Shown piece by piece: positions 1 to 9,908 of a stretch of DNA of 22,000 bases. The notes under the pieces were generated by a model. The model searched no databases, had not been told where the DNA came from, and saw only the letters and a program-made list of their open reading frames with translations. The stretch is from Paraphysomonas bandaiensis (taxonomy: Eukaryota; Protista; Chrysophyceae), in NCBI GenBank assembly GCA_965644295.1, contig CBFFRP010000614.1, positions 1 through 22,000 on the forward strand, written 5' to 3'. Position 1 is the first letter of the stretch; the number at the start of each line of letters is the position of its first letter. The translations under genes were made by a program, and so were the position numbers.

Positions 1-559
1 CGCGTTGCGATGGCTGCACCAGAAGTTGATGTCTGATAAGGCTCTTGATGTGACCCTGAGAACTCCTGAGACAGGAGTCCCATCGGAGCGAACCATGGTG
101 CGGTGATGATTTCCTGTGGGTGGGGGTGGTTGCCGGGGGCCGCGCCATCCATGCCGTTTGTATCCGGCAGAATTGAACATCTTTCGGACAGATCCGCAAA
201 ACCATGATCATTCCTTCCTGTATTACTCTCATTTCCGGGGGAGAGCCATTCGTGAACTTTGGAGCGTTTGCGCTGACAACGTTCGTGTAGTCGTGTGCTA
301 TAAGTACATACGCAGGACGCTTCGCTTCAAGCGAAGCCTGGAGGGTTGTGTGCATGGATGGCCGCGCAGTCTGTTGGCTGCCACCTCAGGAGGGAGGCGT
401 GTGCAGACGATCCGCTGTCTCAAAATGTGTGTAGTTGTGCATGCCAGTCGGAGGAGTCTTGCGGTGTATGCCTGTACTTCCTTGGAGTCCTCTGGGTTTA
501 CATTGAGACGGGGGGGACTCGGAGGTGCGACTCAGGTGGTCGAGGGTCAAGAGATTGAC

Positions 560-1420
560 TGGTACAGTGAAACCGGACCCAGACCGGTCGATGATCGAAG
601 GCTGCTGCGAGTAGTGAGGGGAGCCAAGGCAGCCAGTGTCCGGTAACAGGAGATGTGCGGACGCAGCTGGCATGGAATATGACCGATCCGCGATATTCCT
701 TTGTCGGACCTGTGGAAGGTATGATATGTTTTCCTGGGTAGGGCGGAGCTCATGGAGTGGTGCAGCCAGTTGGAGCTCGTCGGCAAGTGGCTGCGTATGT
801 CTCTGCCTTTCGGATTTGTCTCCATGGAGCCACTGAAGTCGCCGGCTGAGCACTGACAGACAGTGGTCCTTGGCTCTGCGCCTTAGTGACCCACTTCGTA
901 AGGATGTTGCATAGGAGCTTGTGGGGTCAGCCGTACAGATACCACGGGACGCTCTCCCTAGCTTGGATCAATTTGCTCCATAATGCGCAAGAGCCTGGCG
1001 TGGATGGCTTCGGGGGTAGATAGACGCTTATTAGTAACTAGGGTGTGCGCCACCGACGTTTTGAACTCTCAGGCTTCGGCCTCACCAAACCAAGTCCCGT
1101 AAAGCTGCAGCCTTTGTGAAGGCGAGACGGCAGCTTCCAGTGGCCTCGCTGATTATGACTACTGTACCCCCCATTAGTGGGTCCCTGAAGTCAGTTTTGG
1201 CTGCTTGCTGAGGAAGAGGCATATTCTTGATCCCTGGATTGCATCTTCTATGATGGCTGCGGGAAGAAGCTGGCTACCTGAGTTTCTGTTAGACTTGGAC
1301 ATCCTGTAATAGGAGCACGTCCAATTCTGCCGCTTGTAGCGTCGGATGATAGCTTGGACTTTGCCTGTGTGAGATGCCGGATTGCCATTTCTGGGGCTCC
1401 ATGTGGAGAGTACCGGAGTC
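560..1420 (-). pseudogene. Apurinic/apyrimidinic endonuclease (EEP/APE) domain of the LINE, frameshifted
   Basis: STW (~1405), LDVLLLQD (~1310), GGTVVIIS (~1160), LISVYLP (~1020), GDFS for canonical GDFN (~835), TFHRSDKGISRIGHI for TF..SRIDHI (~690), FDHRPV for SDHRPV (~590), all in canonical order but in shifting frames. Confidence 0.85.
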
Positions 1421-1589
1421 CCATGGCTGCTCCCGAGGGAGCCTTGGGGATGCTGCCGGAGGTCTCTGTAGGAGTCTCCACTCGTTCCTGCAAGGAGTCT
1501 GTCCCATACTGCTTTATTGGCACCGCCTATGTCGCTGTCGTACGCAGCCCTGGCTTGGATTAATATCTCAAGTGGCCAGCGTTGATCAC

Positions 1590-1950
1590 ACCAGTAATGA
1601 TGCCCGTAGTTGATGAGAAGTTCTTCATCCTTAGCAATGGGACGTATTGCATGGACATAGAGGCGTTTATTTTTCGTGACAAACTTGACATTAGCCATGT
1701 TTGTGGCTAGGGGGTCATTAATATACCCAGCTTCGCATGTTACACATTGTCGGACTTTGGTCAAAGCCATCTATTGCGAAGGTACCAGTACTGTCTTGAA
1801 CTATGTAATCAGAACGCCTTGCAGACTGACTCAGCTTTGTTAGTGGATAGCGTTTGCCTTTGTACTCAGCAATGATGACGTCTGCTGGGAATGTGCTCTC
1901 CGCATAAAGGGATAGTCCTTTTGGCAGTGTTATCGGCGTACGCAATGTAG
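1590..1950 (-). pseudogene. Compact SET lysine-methyltransferase domain inside the LINE polyprotein (one frameshift near 1750)
   Basis: ORF 1718..1945 (GLSLYAESTFPADVIIAEYKG..YIV..FAIDG) joins ORF 1174..1770 (AGYINDP..ANVKF..LYVHAIRPIAKDEELLINYGHHYW). These match SET motifs GxGxFA, EYxG, RFINH and EELxxxYG. Confidence 0.85.
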
Positions 1951-2424
1951 AACTTTCTGGACCAGTCCTTGTCCGCAGCTGGTGGTATCAAGTGCTGGAG
2001 TTGGTCTCGATCGTTCGTGCGGTCGTGGATTGGTGTGAGTTGTGAAGGTTCGCTGGTTGGTCACTTTTCATCGTAATTTACGACCTTTCTGGCTCTGCCG
2101 GGTTGGCTGGCATCGACTTGTCAGCGCCAGCGTTTGGGCGTGTTTCAACTGCATCTTCCTGTGCGATGGTAGTGCTCCAGGGGTTGAAAGCCCTGCAGAA
2201 TCTGTCGATTTGTTCGTGCTTAACTTGGTGCTGCTGGACGAGGGTTGTTCCGGTGCTGGCCGTCTTTGATGTCCTATTGTTGTTCGTGTAGATTGAGTCC
2301 GCGGGAAGTGTAGGTGGAGCGATGGGGTCAGACGTTGGAGAGTAGATACTGGTGGCCAAGGTGTTTTCAAGAGATAGTAGGGCGTTGTCTAGGGCAGCAG
2401 AAAGACCCGGCAGGGCCCAAGATG

Positions 2425-2940
2425 TGTTTATGCGTGAGCATCTTGTAGTATGACATGGTAGTAGTTAGCACGCCAGAGCAGCGTTCCTAAGTTCCTCCAC
2501 CTTCCATGCGATGTTATAAGCTGCTTTGTCAGTAGGGATGGCCTACAATGCTGAGATAAAATTACCATTTCTTTGCGCCCACGTCGTGCAGGGGTTGATA
2601 GTAGAGGCCAAAAGGTGGACCTCTCGCACTGAGAGCCAGTGAGCTATGTCGTCCTCCGTAGTGTATGTTGTTTTGGCAGGTATTAAAAGTGCGGCCTGTG
2701 CGTGATCCAACTTATGTCGTAGTGGCTGAGTGTGTGATGGGCCATGCACTCCCGTTGCATTGTGTCGAACGCTTGGGTGCCTAATGTATTTATAAAAGAT
2801 GCTAGCGTGTGACGTGTCCTTGCGTTGTTTGAGGTCTAATTTCAGACAGGAGCGAGTGTGTCGCCTGCTTGAAGCAAGAAATGTGCAGATGATAGAGTGT
2901 GCTGTGGTGCGCAGTATCCATCACTTGGGATATGCTGTTG
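2425..2940 (-). pseudogene. OTU-like cysteine protease/deubiquitinase domain inside the LINE polyprotein, frameshifted
   Basis: HIPSDGYCA (Cys codon 2911-2913; cf. OTU VPxDGxC) followed after a frameshift by TLYHL, then HWLSVREVHLL (cf. W..xxE helix) and YHVILQDAH (His codon 2434-2436; cf. OTU His loop). Confidence 0.6.
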
Positions 2941-4556
2941 TGTGCGAAGGGCTGAGGGGTCTGGAGGGTGAGGCGATAGATTCCTGCCTCGCGTCGCACA
3001 TATGGAGCCTGAGTTGTCGACGGTCCGTGGGGCTCATCTGCCGTAGCTGACGCTCGAGCTCTCGGTGACAAGGCGAGACTGCAATTGGCTCTCCCGTTCC
3101 TGCTGCTCTCTTTGCTCATGTAGCATAGATGGTACAGCTGACGGTTCCGAAGTCCAGATGATGTTGGTGCTCTGTACCTGGAGGTCTGGTGTTGTAGGAA
3201 ACAGGATAGCCGCTCCTGAGTTCGTGTTAGAGCGTGCATGATGGAGGTGGGGATATTTGTTGCATTTAGTATGTGAAACCCATGCTGGCTGCGTGCGATG
3301 TCATGGGTTACCACAGTGTTGGTAGAAGCGTGCACTGTTAGTGCCTGTCTGGAGAATGGTGATAGCTGTGCCCAACCAGGCGCCAGGTGCGGTTGAACAG
3401 CGTCCCATAGTCTGTATGGTGCGGAGAGAAGATCGAGTAGCAGTTGGAAATCCTCCGTGTCTAGATGTAGTCCTGTGTGTGGACTCGATGGATTCATATT
3501 GCATAAGTGTCTTACGGAGAGTGACAGTGGCTGTTGAGGGAATACCCTTTGTCAGGCAAAGGGAGTCCGCACATGCCTCAGATACAACATGAGTGGAGTC
3601 TGCTCCAGGGTTTGTTGCCATTCGCGAGATGCTGGGCAACCAGTAGGGCGCCGTGCGTGTGGTGTCCAATTTCCTGTGCTCTGGCAGCGTGAATGATATC
3701 ATGCCAGATCATAGTTGTCCCCGTCCTGGAAGCCTTGGCTATGAATCCTTCCCATATGTCTCAAACAGGCAGGGGATAGCATGTGTGCGTATATTTCTTT
3801 TAAAAGGTTTCCTGCGGGGAGGCAGCAATGGTTTGGGTTTCATCATATCTAACCCAGTTGTTCAGCAGATCGGAGTGAAAGGGCGTGCGACCCCGGCCCT
3901 CTGTGTAGTGTAGGGGGTATGTGGCAATATCCTTGGGCAGTACATCCGGCCTGAGGTCAGGAGTGGTAGTGGAGAGTGAGGATGGGCCGTCTGGGGCTAA
4001 TGCTGGAGTTCCCATGGTGTTCAGTTGAGTAAGGTTGGTGGTAGGTGGCTTCCGCCTGACTGGGAAATAGTCAAATAACGTTGCATACGGTGTGGGAAAG
4101 GGGCATCCCTAGTGGGTAAGGGTAATGTGTGGGTGGATTTGCTGGGTCCGTCACCGTCGGCATCGGAGGAGAATTCCTTCCCCTGAAGGGCGTGGGAGGG
4201 ATGGTTGATGGACCTGGCACGGTGGACTCCTTGCATTCCCTTGGAATGACATTGCAACACATTTTGGAGACGCATGAGATGACGAGGTCAGGAATTCTCT
4301 CGAGTAGCGCGTGTAGCTCCAACTCCACCGGGTATTTGGTGTCCAGGAAGAAGCGGATCGTTGGAGCAAAACACATCATAAGATGGCAGCTGAATTGAGT
4401 TTGTGGAAGGAAGGAGGAATAGTGGGTGGACCAGTTCGCCCAGTAAGGGAGAGGCGATAGTTTGTCTGGGGGTTTTCTAGGAGGAGGTAGAGTGTACTCG
4501 TGTGTGTGTATGACACTGCAGTGGTGTTATGAGTGTGTTGGACAGTGAGAGAGAGT

Positions 4557-4700
4557 TGGTGATGTGTCCAACAGTACAGGTAGACAGGTACATGGACATG
4601 GTGATGTGTCCAACAGTACAGGTAGACAGGTACATGGACATGGTGATGTGTCCAACAGTACAGGTAGACAGGTACATGTATATGGTGATGTGTCCAACAG
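4557..4700. repeat. 42-bp tandem repeat, ~3.4 copies (TGGTGATGTGTCCAACAGTACAGGTAGACAGGTACATGGACA)
   Basis: Units start at 4557, 4599, 4641 and 4683 (partial). Confidence 0.95.
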
Positions 4701-4743
4701 CAGTAGAGGTATACACGGAATGGTGTGGCACACATCCTGTAGG

Positions 4744-4846
4744 ACACAGTAGTACAGTAGTCGAGTATACCGTATGCGGAATACAGTGTCTATCAACACA
4801 GTAGTACAGTAGTCGAGTATACCGTATGCGGAATACAGTGTCTATC
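4744..4846. repeat. 52-bp tandem duplication (ACACAGTAGTACAGTAGTCGAGTATACCGTATGCGGAATACAGTGTCTATC)
   Basis: Near-identical units at 4744 and 4796. Confidence 0.95.
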
Positions 4847-5415
4847 CAATGAGATGGATGGGCTGTGGGGGTGATAGGTGAACAGGGTGAGGGGGTAGCC
4901 TGCTGGGTGCATAGACCACAGACAAACCATGTTGGGTTGGGTTGAGTGGGCGGCAGAAGGCAGCCCTGTTGCACAGTTGAGAGGGATCGAGAGTATTCAG
5001 TGATTGCATAGGGGGTCCATGGGGGTCGTTTTCGTGAGCCTGCTCGCACGAGCCATGTTCTGAGAGGTTGTAGCCGTAGAAAGCGATGGGTGAGACGAAG
5101 TTGTCTGCTGAGGGGATAGCACGTAGGTGCGGTCAGCGCTGCATTGGTGCAGGCACGTGGTTTAACTGAAGTAGTTGAGTAGGGTGAAGGTTGCAAGGCC
5201 AGGCAGGGGGGCTTGGAGCGTGTACAACATGGTGTGACAGGTAATTTGTCGGAAGCGTGGTGGTCAACAAAATGCAGCAGTAAGGGAGTGTAAAAGGCCC
5301 TGGGCACACTGATGTGACTCAGCCACAGTCTCAATAGAGACATTGGGCTTGGAGCTGGTTAATAGAGTGAAACTTTATGTTGGACTGTATTTGCCATCGT
5401 AGGGCAGAGAATTTT

Positions 5416-5515
5416 TGTTTATCATATGTTCATCAGTCAGTTCTATATCTTGTGTAGTCACACATCAGTAACTGAATTTAATTCCTTTGTACCTATAATC
5501 ACCCATTACACCTAT
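5416..5515 (-). repeat. Fragment of the copia LTR (inverted copy of 18803-18905)
   Basis: TGTTTATCATATGTTCATCAGTCAGTTCTATATCTTGTGTAGTCACACATCAGTAACTGAATTTAATTCCTTTGTA..TATAATCACCCATTACACCTAT is the near-exact reverse complement of 18803-18905. Confidence 0.9.
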
Positions 5516-5679
5516 AGCACACTTCATACCGTTAAGTCGGATCAAACTTGTAAATTGATCGTGTGCTTAGTTATTGCGTAAGGGTTATTAGTAAATAAGA
5601 TTTGTAGCTAGTCTTAGCGTTAAATGAAAGATATAGTTCGTATTATCTTGTTATTTTGATGGTGAAGATTGATTATAAC

Positions 5680-5735
5680 CAGGGCCGGGTAACAATATAT
5701 ATCACTAATAATATTTTAAAGACCAATAATATTAC
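5680..5735 (+). repeat. Fragment of an AT-rich MITE-like repeat related to 18338-18720
   Basis: 26-bp identity TAATAATATTTTAAAGACCAATAATA (5706-5731 = 18374-18399), preceded by a GC-rich CAGGGCCGGG that could be a terminal inverted repeat. Confidence 0.45.
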
Positions 5736-6224
5736 AATGTAGTTGGAAAATATTAGCTGACGAGCACATTCATGCATAACTCAGCAGTCACAATATACTC
5801 ACGATATGCAATGTAGGAAAACCATAAGCTAATCTGCAAAGAAAGGGAAAACTTCTGATTGCCTTGCTTCGAGGAAGTAATTCCAACACCTTGAGTGCGA
5901 TAAATATGAAATAGATGACGGTCTCGATGGAAATTGAATAATAACTTTGGTGTTGTGACCAAAATGGGCGGATATGACCATCACTTTACTGGCATTTATT
6001 TTGCTTATTATTGGCTGTTTACACTGGCATACTTTTACAAATCATAAGAAATATATACTTGGGTAGTCTTTAGTTGTACGAGGATGATAGCCTACTTTTA
6101 AGAGTTTGGAGTTTACTATATAAGAAGGTAGTTGTCTTTTCTTAAGTGCAGATTACTTCTAAATCCTGGCTGTTAACGCGCCCACCAGAGTATTGTCTCT
6201 TTTTGTGAAGGCTCGACTTAGTGT

Positions 6225-6414
6225 TTGCATCCAGGGCATTGAGCTGCCAACTGAAGTCAAGCATCCGGGCTAGTTCACCTTCTTAAGGACAGGGAGCGAA
6301 AGTGGTTGCACCTCGGTGCTTGCGGTGACGCACAAGCAGATTTCGTAGTTAGTTATATTGTTTTGCTACATTAGTTCAGATCTTACACGCCTATTGCTAA
6401 CAATCAGACATTCA
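6225..6414 (+). mobile_element. SINE-like / non-autonomous retroelement unit 1 sharing the LINE 3' tail
   Basis: Homologous to ~6640-6868 and, for the tail, to the reverse complement of 10460-10655. Contains the three-way-junction motif (6297-6345) and terminal CCTATTGCTAACAATCAGACATTCA. 5' boundary approximate. Confidence 0.7.
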
Positions 6415-6419
6415 CTACT

Positions 6420-6868
6420 CACACCTTTTCGTGGTGTTCTGGGGGATAAGTACCGGAGAGATTCTCTCTGGGAAACTAACGTAGTAAGCCGCAAACATAG
6501 TCAGCAGATATTCTTCTGCCCACTCATAGCCGATTGTTTGTGTGGTACAAGGGACACCAACAATAAGTGTCACTTGTGTAGACGTCTTTGGGCCCTGACG
6601 AATAAACAGACATCCGGAACAGGGCCCACCTGAAGGGTAACCGGGGTATTGGGCTGCCTGCTGAAGTCAAGCATCATCCGAGATGTTCACCACAAGAACT
6701 CAGCGCGGAAGTGGTCGCACCTTGGTGCTTGCGGCGACGCACAAGCAGCTCCGTAGCGTCAAATAGTAGGATAAAAAAGTATGTACTGATTAGTTACAGG
6801 TAGAGCATTCATCTAGCTACTAAGTTGGTGCAGGTTTTTAACACCTATTGCTAATAATAAGACTTTCA
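6420..6868 (+). mobile_element. SINE-like / non-autonomous structured retroelement unit 2 (most complete copy)
   Basis: Non-coding and hairpin-rich. Body 6480-6700 is homologous to 12036-12233. Tail carries the motif (6705-6754) and terminal CCTATTGCTAATAATAAGACTTTCA shared with the LINE 3' UTR at 10460. Confidence 0.7.
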
Positions 6869-7467
6869 ATATATTTCTGGTTGATGATGGCTCAAGGTGG
6901 GTTCGTACTTTTTGTAAAGATGCCTTTGCTTCCTCAAATCAAATATGCTACTAGAAAGTATTTATTTTGCTATTTTGATAGTGTACAGAGGGCGAATGAT
7001 GAACTGTAGCAGAATTGAAAGAAAATATGTGTGTAAAGAGAAGCTAGATCGTCGATTGACACTAGCATGCCTGACTATTCACATTACAAAGTACAATCTT
7101 ATATCATGTATAATTATTAAACATAATTACTTCATACCAAAAAAGTACTTTCCACTTTCACTGCTACTCCTCATAATGTCCATATTAGAGTATAGATATC
7201 TCCATACCGCTTTATTGCTATAACTCACAACTAACAACACCAATGTGACCGAGACACTGCGTAGCTGACGCCCTCAACAAATACAGCTTATTCTCTACTT
7301 CACAAGATGCATACAAACTTTTCAATCAGTACTACACAGCTGCAGAAGGTTTATGTTACACATTTAACAAATATCGCACATTGCATATCTGCTAAAATAC
7401 AGGTGTAGATATTCATAACGTAATGACTTCACGAGAGATGGTGCCACGGACATGCACTAGAAATGCT

Positions 7468-8515
7468 CTAAAATGTAGATTTCATCTCCTGATAAAACCT
7501 GATGCATCGCTTCAGGAAATAATATACAAAAGAGCAGTGAAAAAACTTACCTTTGCAGCGAATCAGAGAGAGCCTGCGTGAGACTATTGGTTTCTGACTT
7601 TATGTGTTTATTAATTACACTCGCAGTCAGACCTGCAGGATTAGAGCTCTGAATGTCCGAGACCACAACCTGATGAGGCAAATACGGCTCATTATTCCTG
7701 ACGACTTGTAGCTAGTTTCAAGAGTACCTCGTGACAGCATTCAGCAGAAATGTCTGTTATGCTCATCTTCCCAGTTGCAGTCGCATTATTTGAATCTAAC
7801 TAAACAACACATCATGATCCATACCAGTACATAAATGAGCGCACTTTACAAGTTAAAATCACACCTTCCACGTGAGATTGACACTCATGTCGTAGAGATA
7901 TCTCTTCTTCCCCCGTATCATGGACACCGCAGCATCCCCTTCCACACTTTTCACCGACATTACCATAGCCTACTCCAACAAGCATCACTATCAATAAATT
8001 GGTGTATAATAAGGGAATACCATTCCATCAGTGGGTAAGCAGTATACCGTATTTAACACAGTTTCATTCAGTCTTTTCTGGGCCCATGATGTGATGTTCT
8101 TCTCTTCATAAGTGCCAGCAGAATTCCACACAGAACCTCCTGTTGGTGCAGGAGATACCGAAGACGACTGAACTTCTGATGCATCAATGCGCCTAGGTGT
8201 CATATCCCCAAGGATAATACTCTCATGCTCTGACAATTCCCGGTTAAAGTATGTGGTGGTCTTGCCTGTGGATGTTTTCTTGTATCCTCTCATGCTCTCA
8301 TCAGCGTCGGAATCGTCTGATACCGAGTGTTTCGTGCGACTATTAGATCTGCTGCGTGGACGCTTGTATTTATCGACCTTTTGCTTCGAGTGTGACTTCT
8401 TTTTATGTGCAGTGCCTGATGCCCCGCGCATGCCGTACACACTCATCCCGATTGCGCCAATAGTCACTGCCACAAAAAGAGTCACAGTGGCAATTACTCG
8501 ACTATCAAACTCCAT
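7468..8515 (-). CDS. Activator of Hsp90 ATPase N-terminal domain (Aha1_N/Hch1-like) protein with N-terminal hydrophobic anchor; exons 8515-8021, 7969-7865, 7799-7728, 7669-7551, 7498-7468
   Basis: SVWNSAGTYEEKNITSWAQKRL and spliced VEGDAAVSMIRGKKRYLYDMSVNLTWK..GKMSITDISAE are Aha1_N hallmarks. Four GT-AG introns of 51-65 nt keep frame to TAG at 7468. ATG 8515 (MEFDSR) chosen because upstream ATGs run toward or into RSPH9. Confidence 0.85.
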
Positions 8516-8802
8516 TGCAGTTAAAAATATACAACGCACACGGGCAAACTGTTCGGCTGATGGCCCTTCACTCGATGTCGAGATGGCTGCTCTGCGCTGC
8601 AGTGATCTGTTGACATTATACAGAGGTATACGTTGAATAATACGGTTGAGTTGGCTGGGCAAAACTGAAAACGAGACGTTTCGTACTGCAGTAAATAACG
8701 CCGCCATTCCATTCATCTCACTCATCTGATTGCGTTGCTTATGATTTATTGACGCTTGCGAACACGAACGTTTGTTGGCCATATTCCAGGCTGACTGTAA
8801 CC

Positions 8803-9908
8803 ATGGAGTTGCATAATATTCATAAGATTTGCCCATTGAGTGGCTTCACACTCAATATAGAAGAAATTTCTGGGTTAGAGGTTGCCATGCTTCAAAGAAA
8901 ACGAGAAGAGAATTTGCCAGGAAAACTTCTCTTTTGGGGTAAAATATTCGGCACAACTCAAGACTACTTAGTTGTACTATACATCGATTCTTCAGATGAG
9001 TTTCCTGTGAAGAAATATTATTACTGGTGAAAATTTATACCCTAGTTATTACAGTCGCGTAAACATATACACTAAGCAGCACGACGTCAGACTATACACT
9101 GAGAGCAGTTCCACAGCTCTCGACTGAATATGAAAGCCAGGCCGAAGGAATAGCATTGCAGTTTACTGGTGACCCCTCTTTCATGGCATACAATGGTGAA
9201 GAACCAGAGGAGCCTGTTGACCCAGATGATCCAGATGCTCCTCCACCAAAGGAGGTATTTCGTGAAGTCCACAGATTGTCATTTATTATTAAGGTAAATG
9301 TTAACTTGAATGCAAGCAACGCTTGGGAAAATTTTAATATGCTTTTCGTTTTTCTCGACAGCAAATCGATCACGATTGCTCTGTAATCCCAAGAGGTGCT
9401 CTCGTAGTGGATGCTACCAAGAAAGTCATATTTAACAATTACTATACCGGATTAAGCTACCATACATCCGCTGAACTAAGGGCGTTTTCTCACTTTCGAT
9501 TTCCTGAGAACCCACAAGGAATTGCAGCTATGAAGAAGCCAGGAATAATCAAGGCGGATTTCTTGGACTGTATAACCAAGGATGTACCAACAGGTAAAGA
9601 GAAGGACTGAGTTATCACGCCCTTTAAGAAGTATGATGATCATACGTGCTGTGTGCATTCATTAGTATCTTAACATGTTGGTGTATATACACGCTGTATC
9701 ATTTTTTGTGAGTGCTGCCTTGCTGTCGTTAACATTGTACGGCGTAGAAATGTGGACTGTGTGTCACAATAGCTCCGGCACCGCGTCATATATTCGAAAC
9801 CTCTATTGGGAAGGCTACAACTTTTATGCAATGATAGGAACATCAGAGTATGGAGGAGCGTATTTCGGAACTGGAGTGCCGAATTTGGACTTGGCTTTCA
9901 TGTTGTGA
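8803..9908 (+). CDS. RSPH9: Radial spoke head protein 9; exons 8803-9026, 9080-9293, 9362-9593, 9748-9908
   Basis: GFTLNIEE..LLFWGKIFGTTQDYLV..FPVKKYYYC; FTGDPS; FREVHRLSFII..IDHDCSVIPRGA; DFLDCITKDVP; IRNLYWEGYNFY..YGGAYFGTGVPNLDLAFML*. These are RSP9 signature segments, and three GT-AG introns restore the frame. Confidence 0.92.

Larger units (their letters stand above)
1..4500 (-). mobile_element. Non-LTR retrotransposon (APE-type LINE), 5' part of polyprotein: Pro-rich N-terminus / OTU-like / SET / APE endonuclease; heavily frameshifted; RT expected beyond the window's left edge
   Basis: Manual minus-strand translation across frameshifts gives ordered APE motifs (VLSTW, LDVLLLQD, MGGTVVIIS, LLISVYLP, AGDFS, HTF..SRIGHI, FDHRPVWV), preceded by SET and OTU motifs. 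Likely ORF start is ATG 4379 (MMCFAP). The 5' boundary is approximate. Confidence 0.8.
4557..5415 (-). mobile_element. Probable 5'-truncated 3' end of a LINE (degenerate ORF C-terminus plus tandem-repeat 3' UTR)
   Basis: GC-richer coding-like stretch (RLWLSH..RQLRLT..AITEY..IG*) ends near 4843 and is followed directly by minisatellites. Same strand and composition as the adjacent LINE. No diagnostic domain seen. Confidence 0.45.

Noticed and set aside
116-4398. Plus-strand ORFs over the LINE, and short shadow ORFs over the USP and copia genes
   Set aside because: Antisense or alternate-frame shadows with no recognisable motifs.
4557-4846. Repeat arrays as a CRISPR array or repeat-protein genes (ORFs 4376..4747, 4529..4804 etc.)
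   Set aside because: Contiguous tandem units without unique spacers, eukaryotic context and no cas genes. The ORFs are by-products of the 42-bp period.
6297-6350. Hairpin plus CGTAG as a Helitron 3' end
   Set aside because: Homology continues 70-130 nt further to a shared terminus, and the motif follows LINE ORF stop codons in other copies.
6589-6630. CTGACGA in the SINE-like body as a hammerhead core (also ~12146)
   Set aside because: It is followed by GAAC/GAAT rather than GAAA, and CTG is sequestered in a conserved stem.
7670-7727. CTGATGAG hammerhead-like core and short similarity (TCATTATTCCTG) to ~12404-12415
   Set aside because: No GAAA after stem II. It lies in Aha1_N intron 3, and the match is too short to call.
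8516-8836. N-terminal extension of ORF 7991..8836
   Set aside because: It overlaps the RSPH9 start and the shared promoter; ATG 8515 is more plausible.
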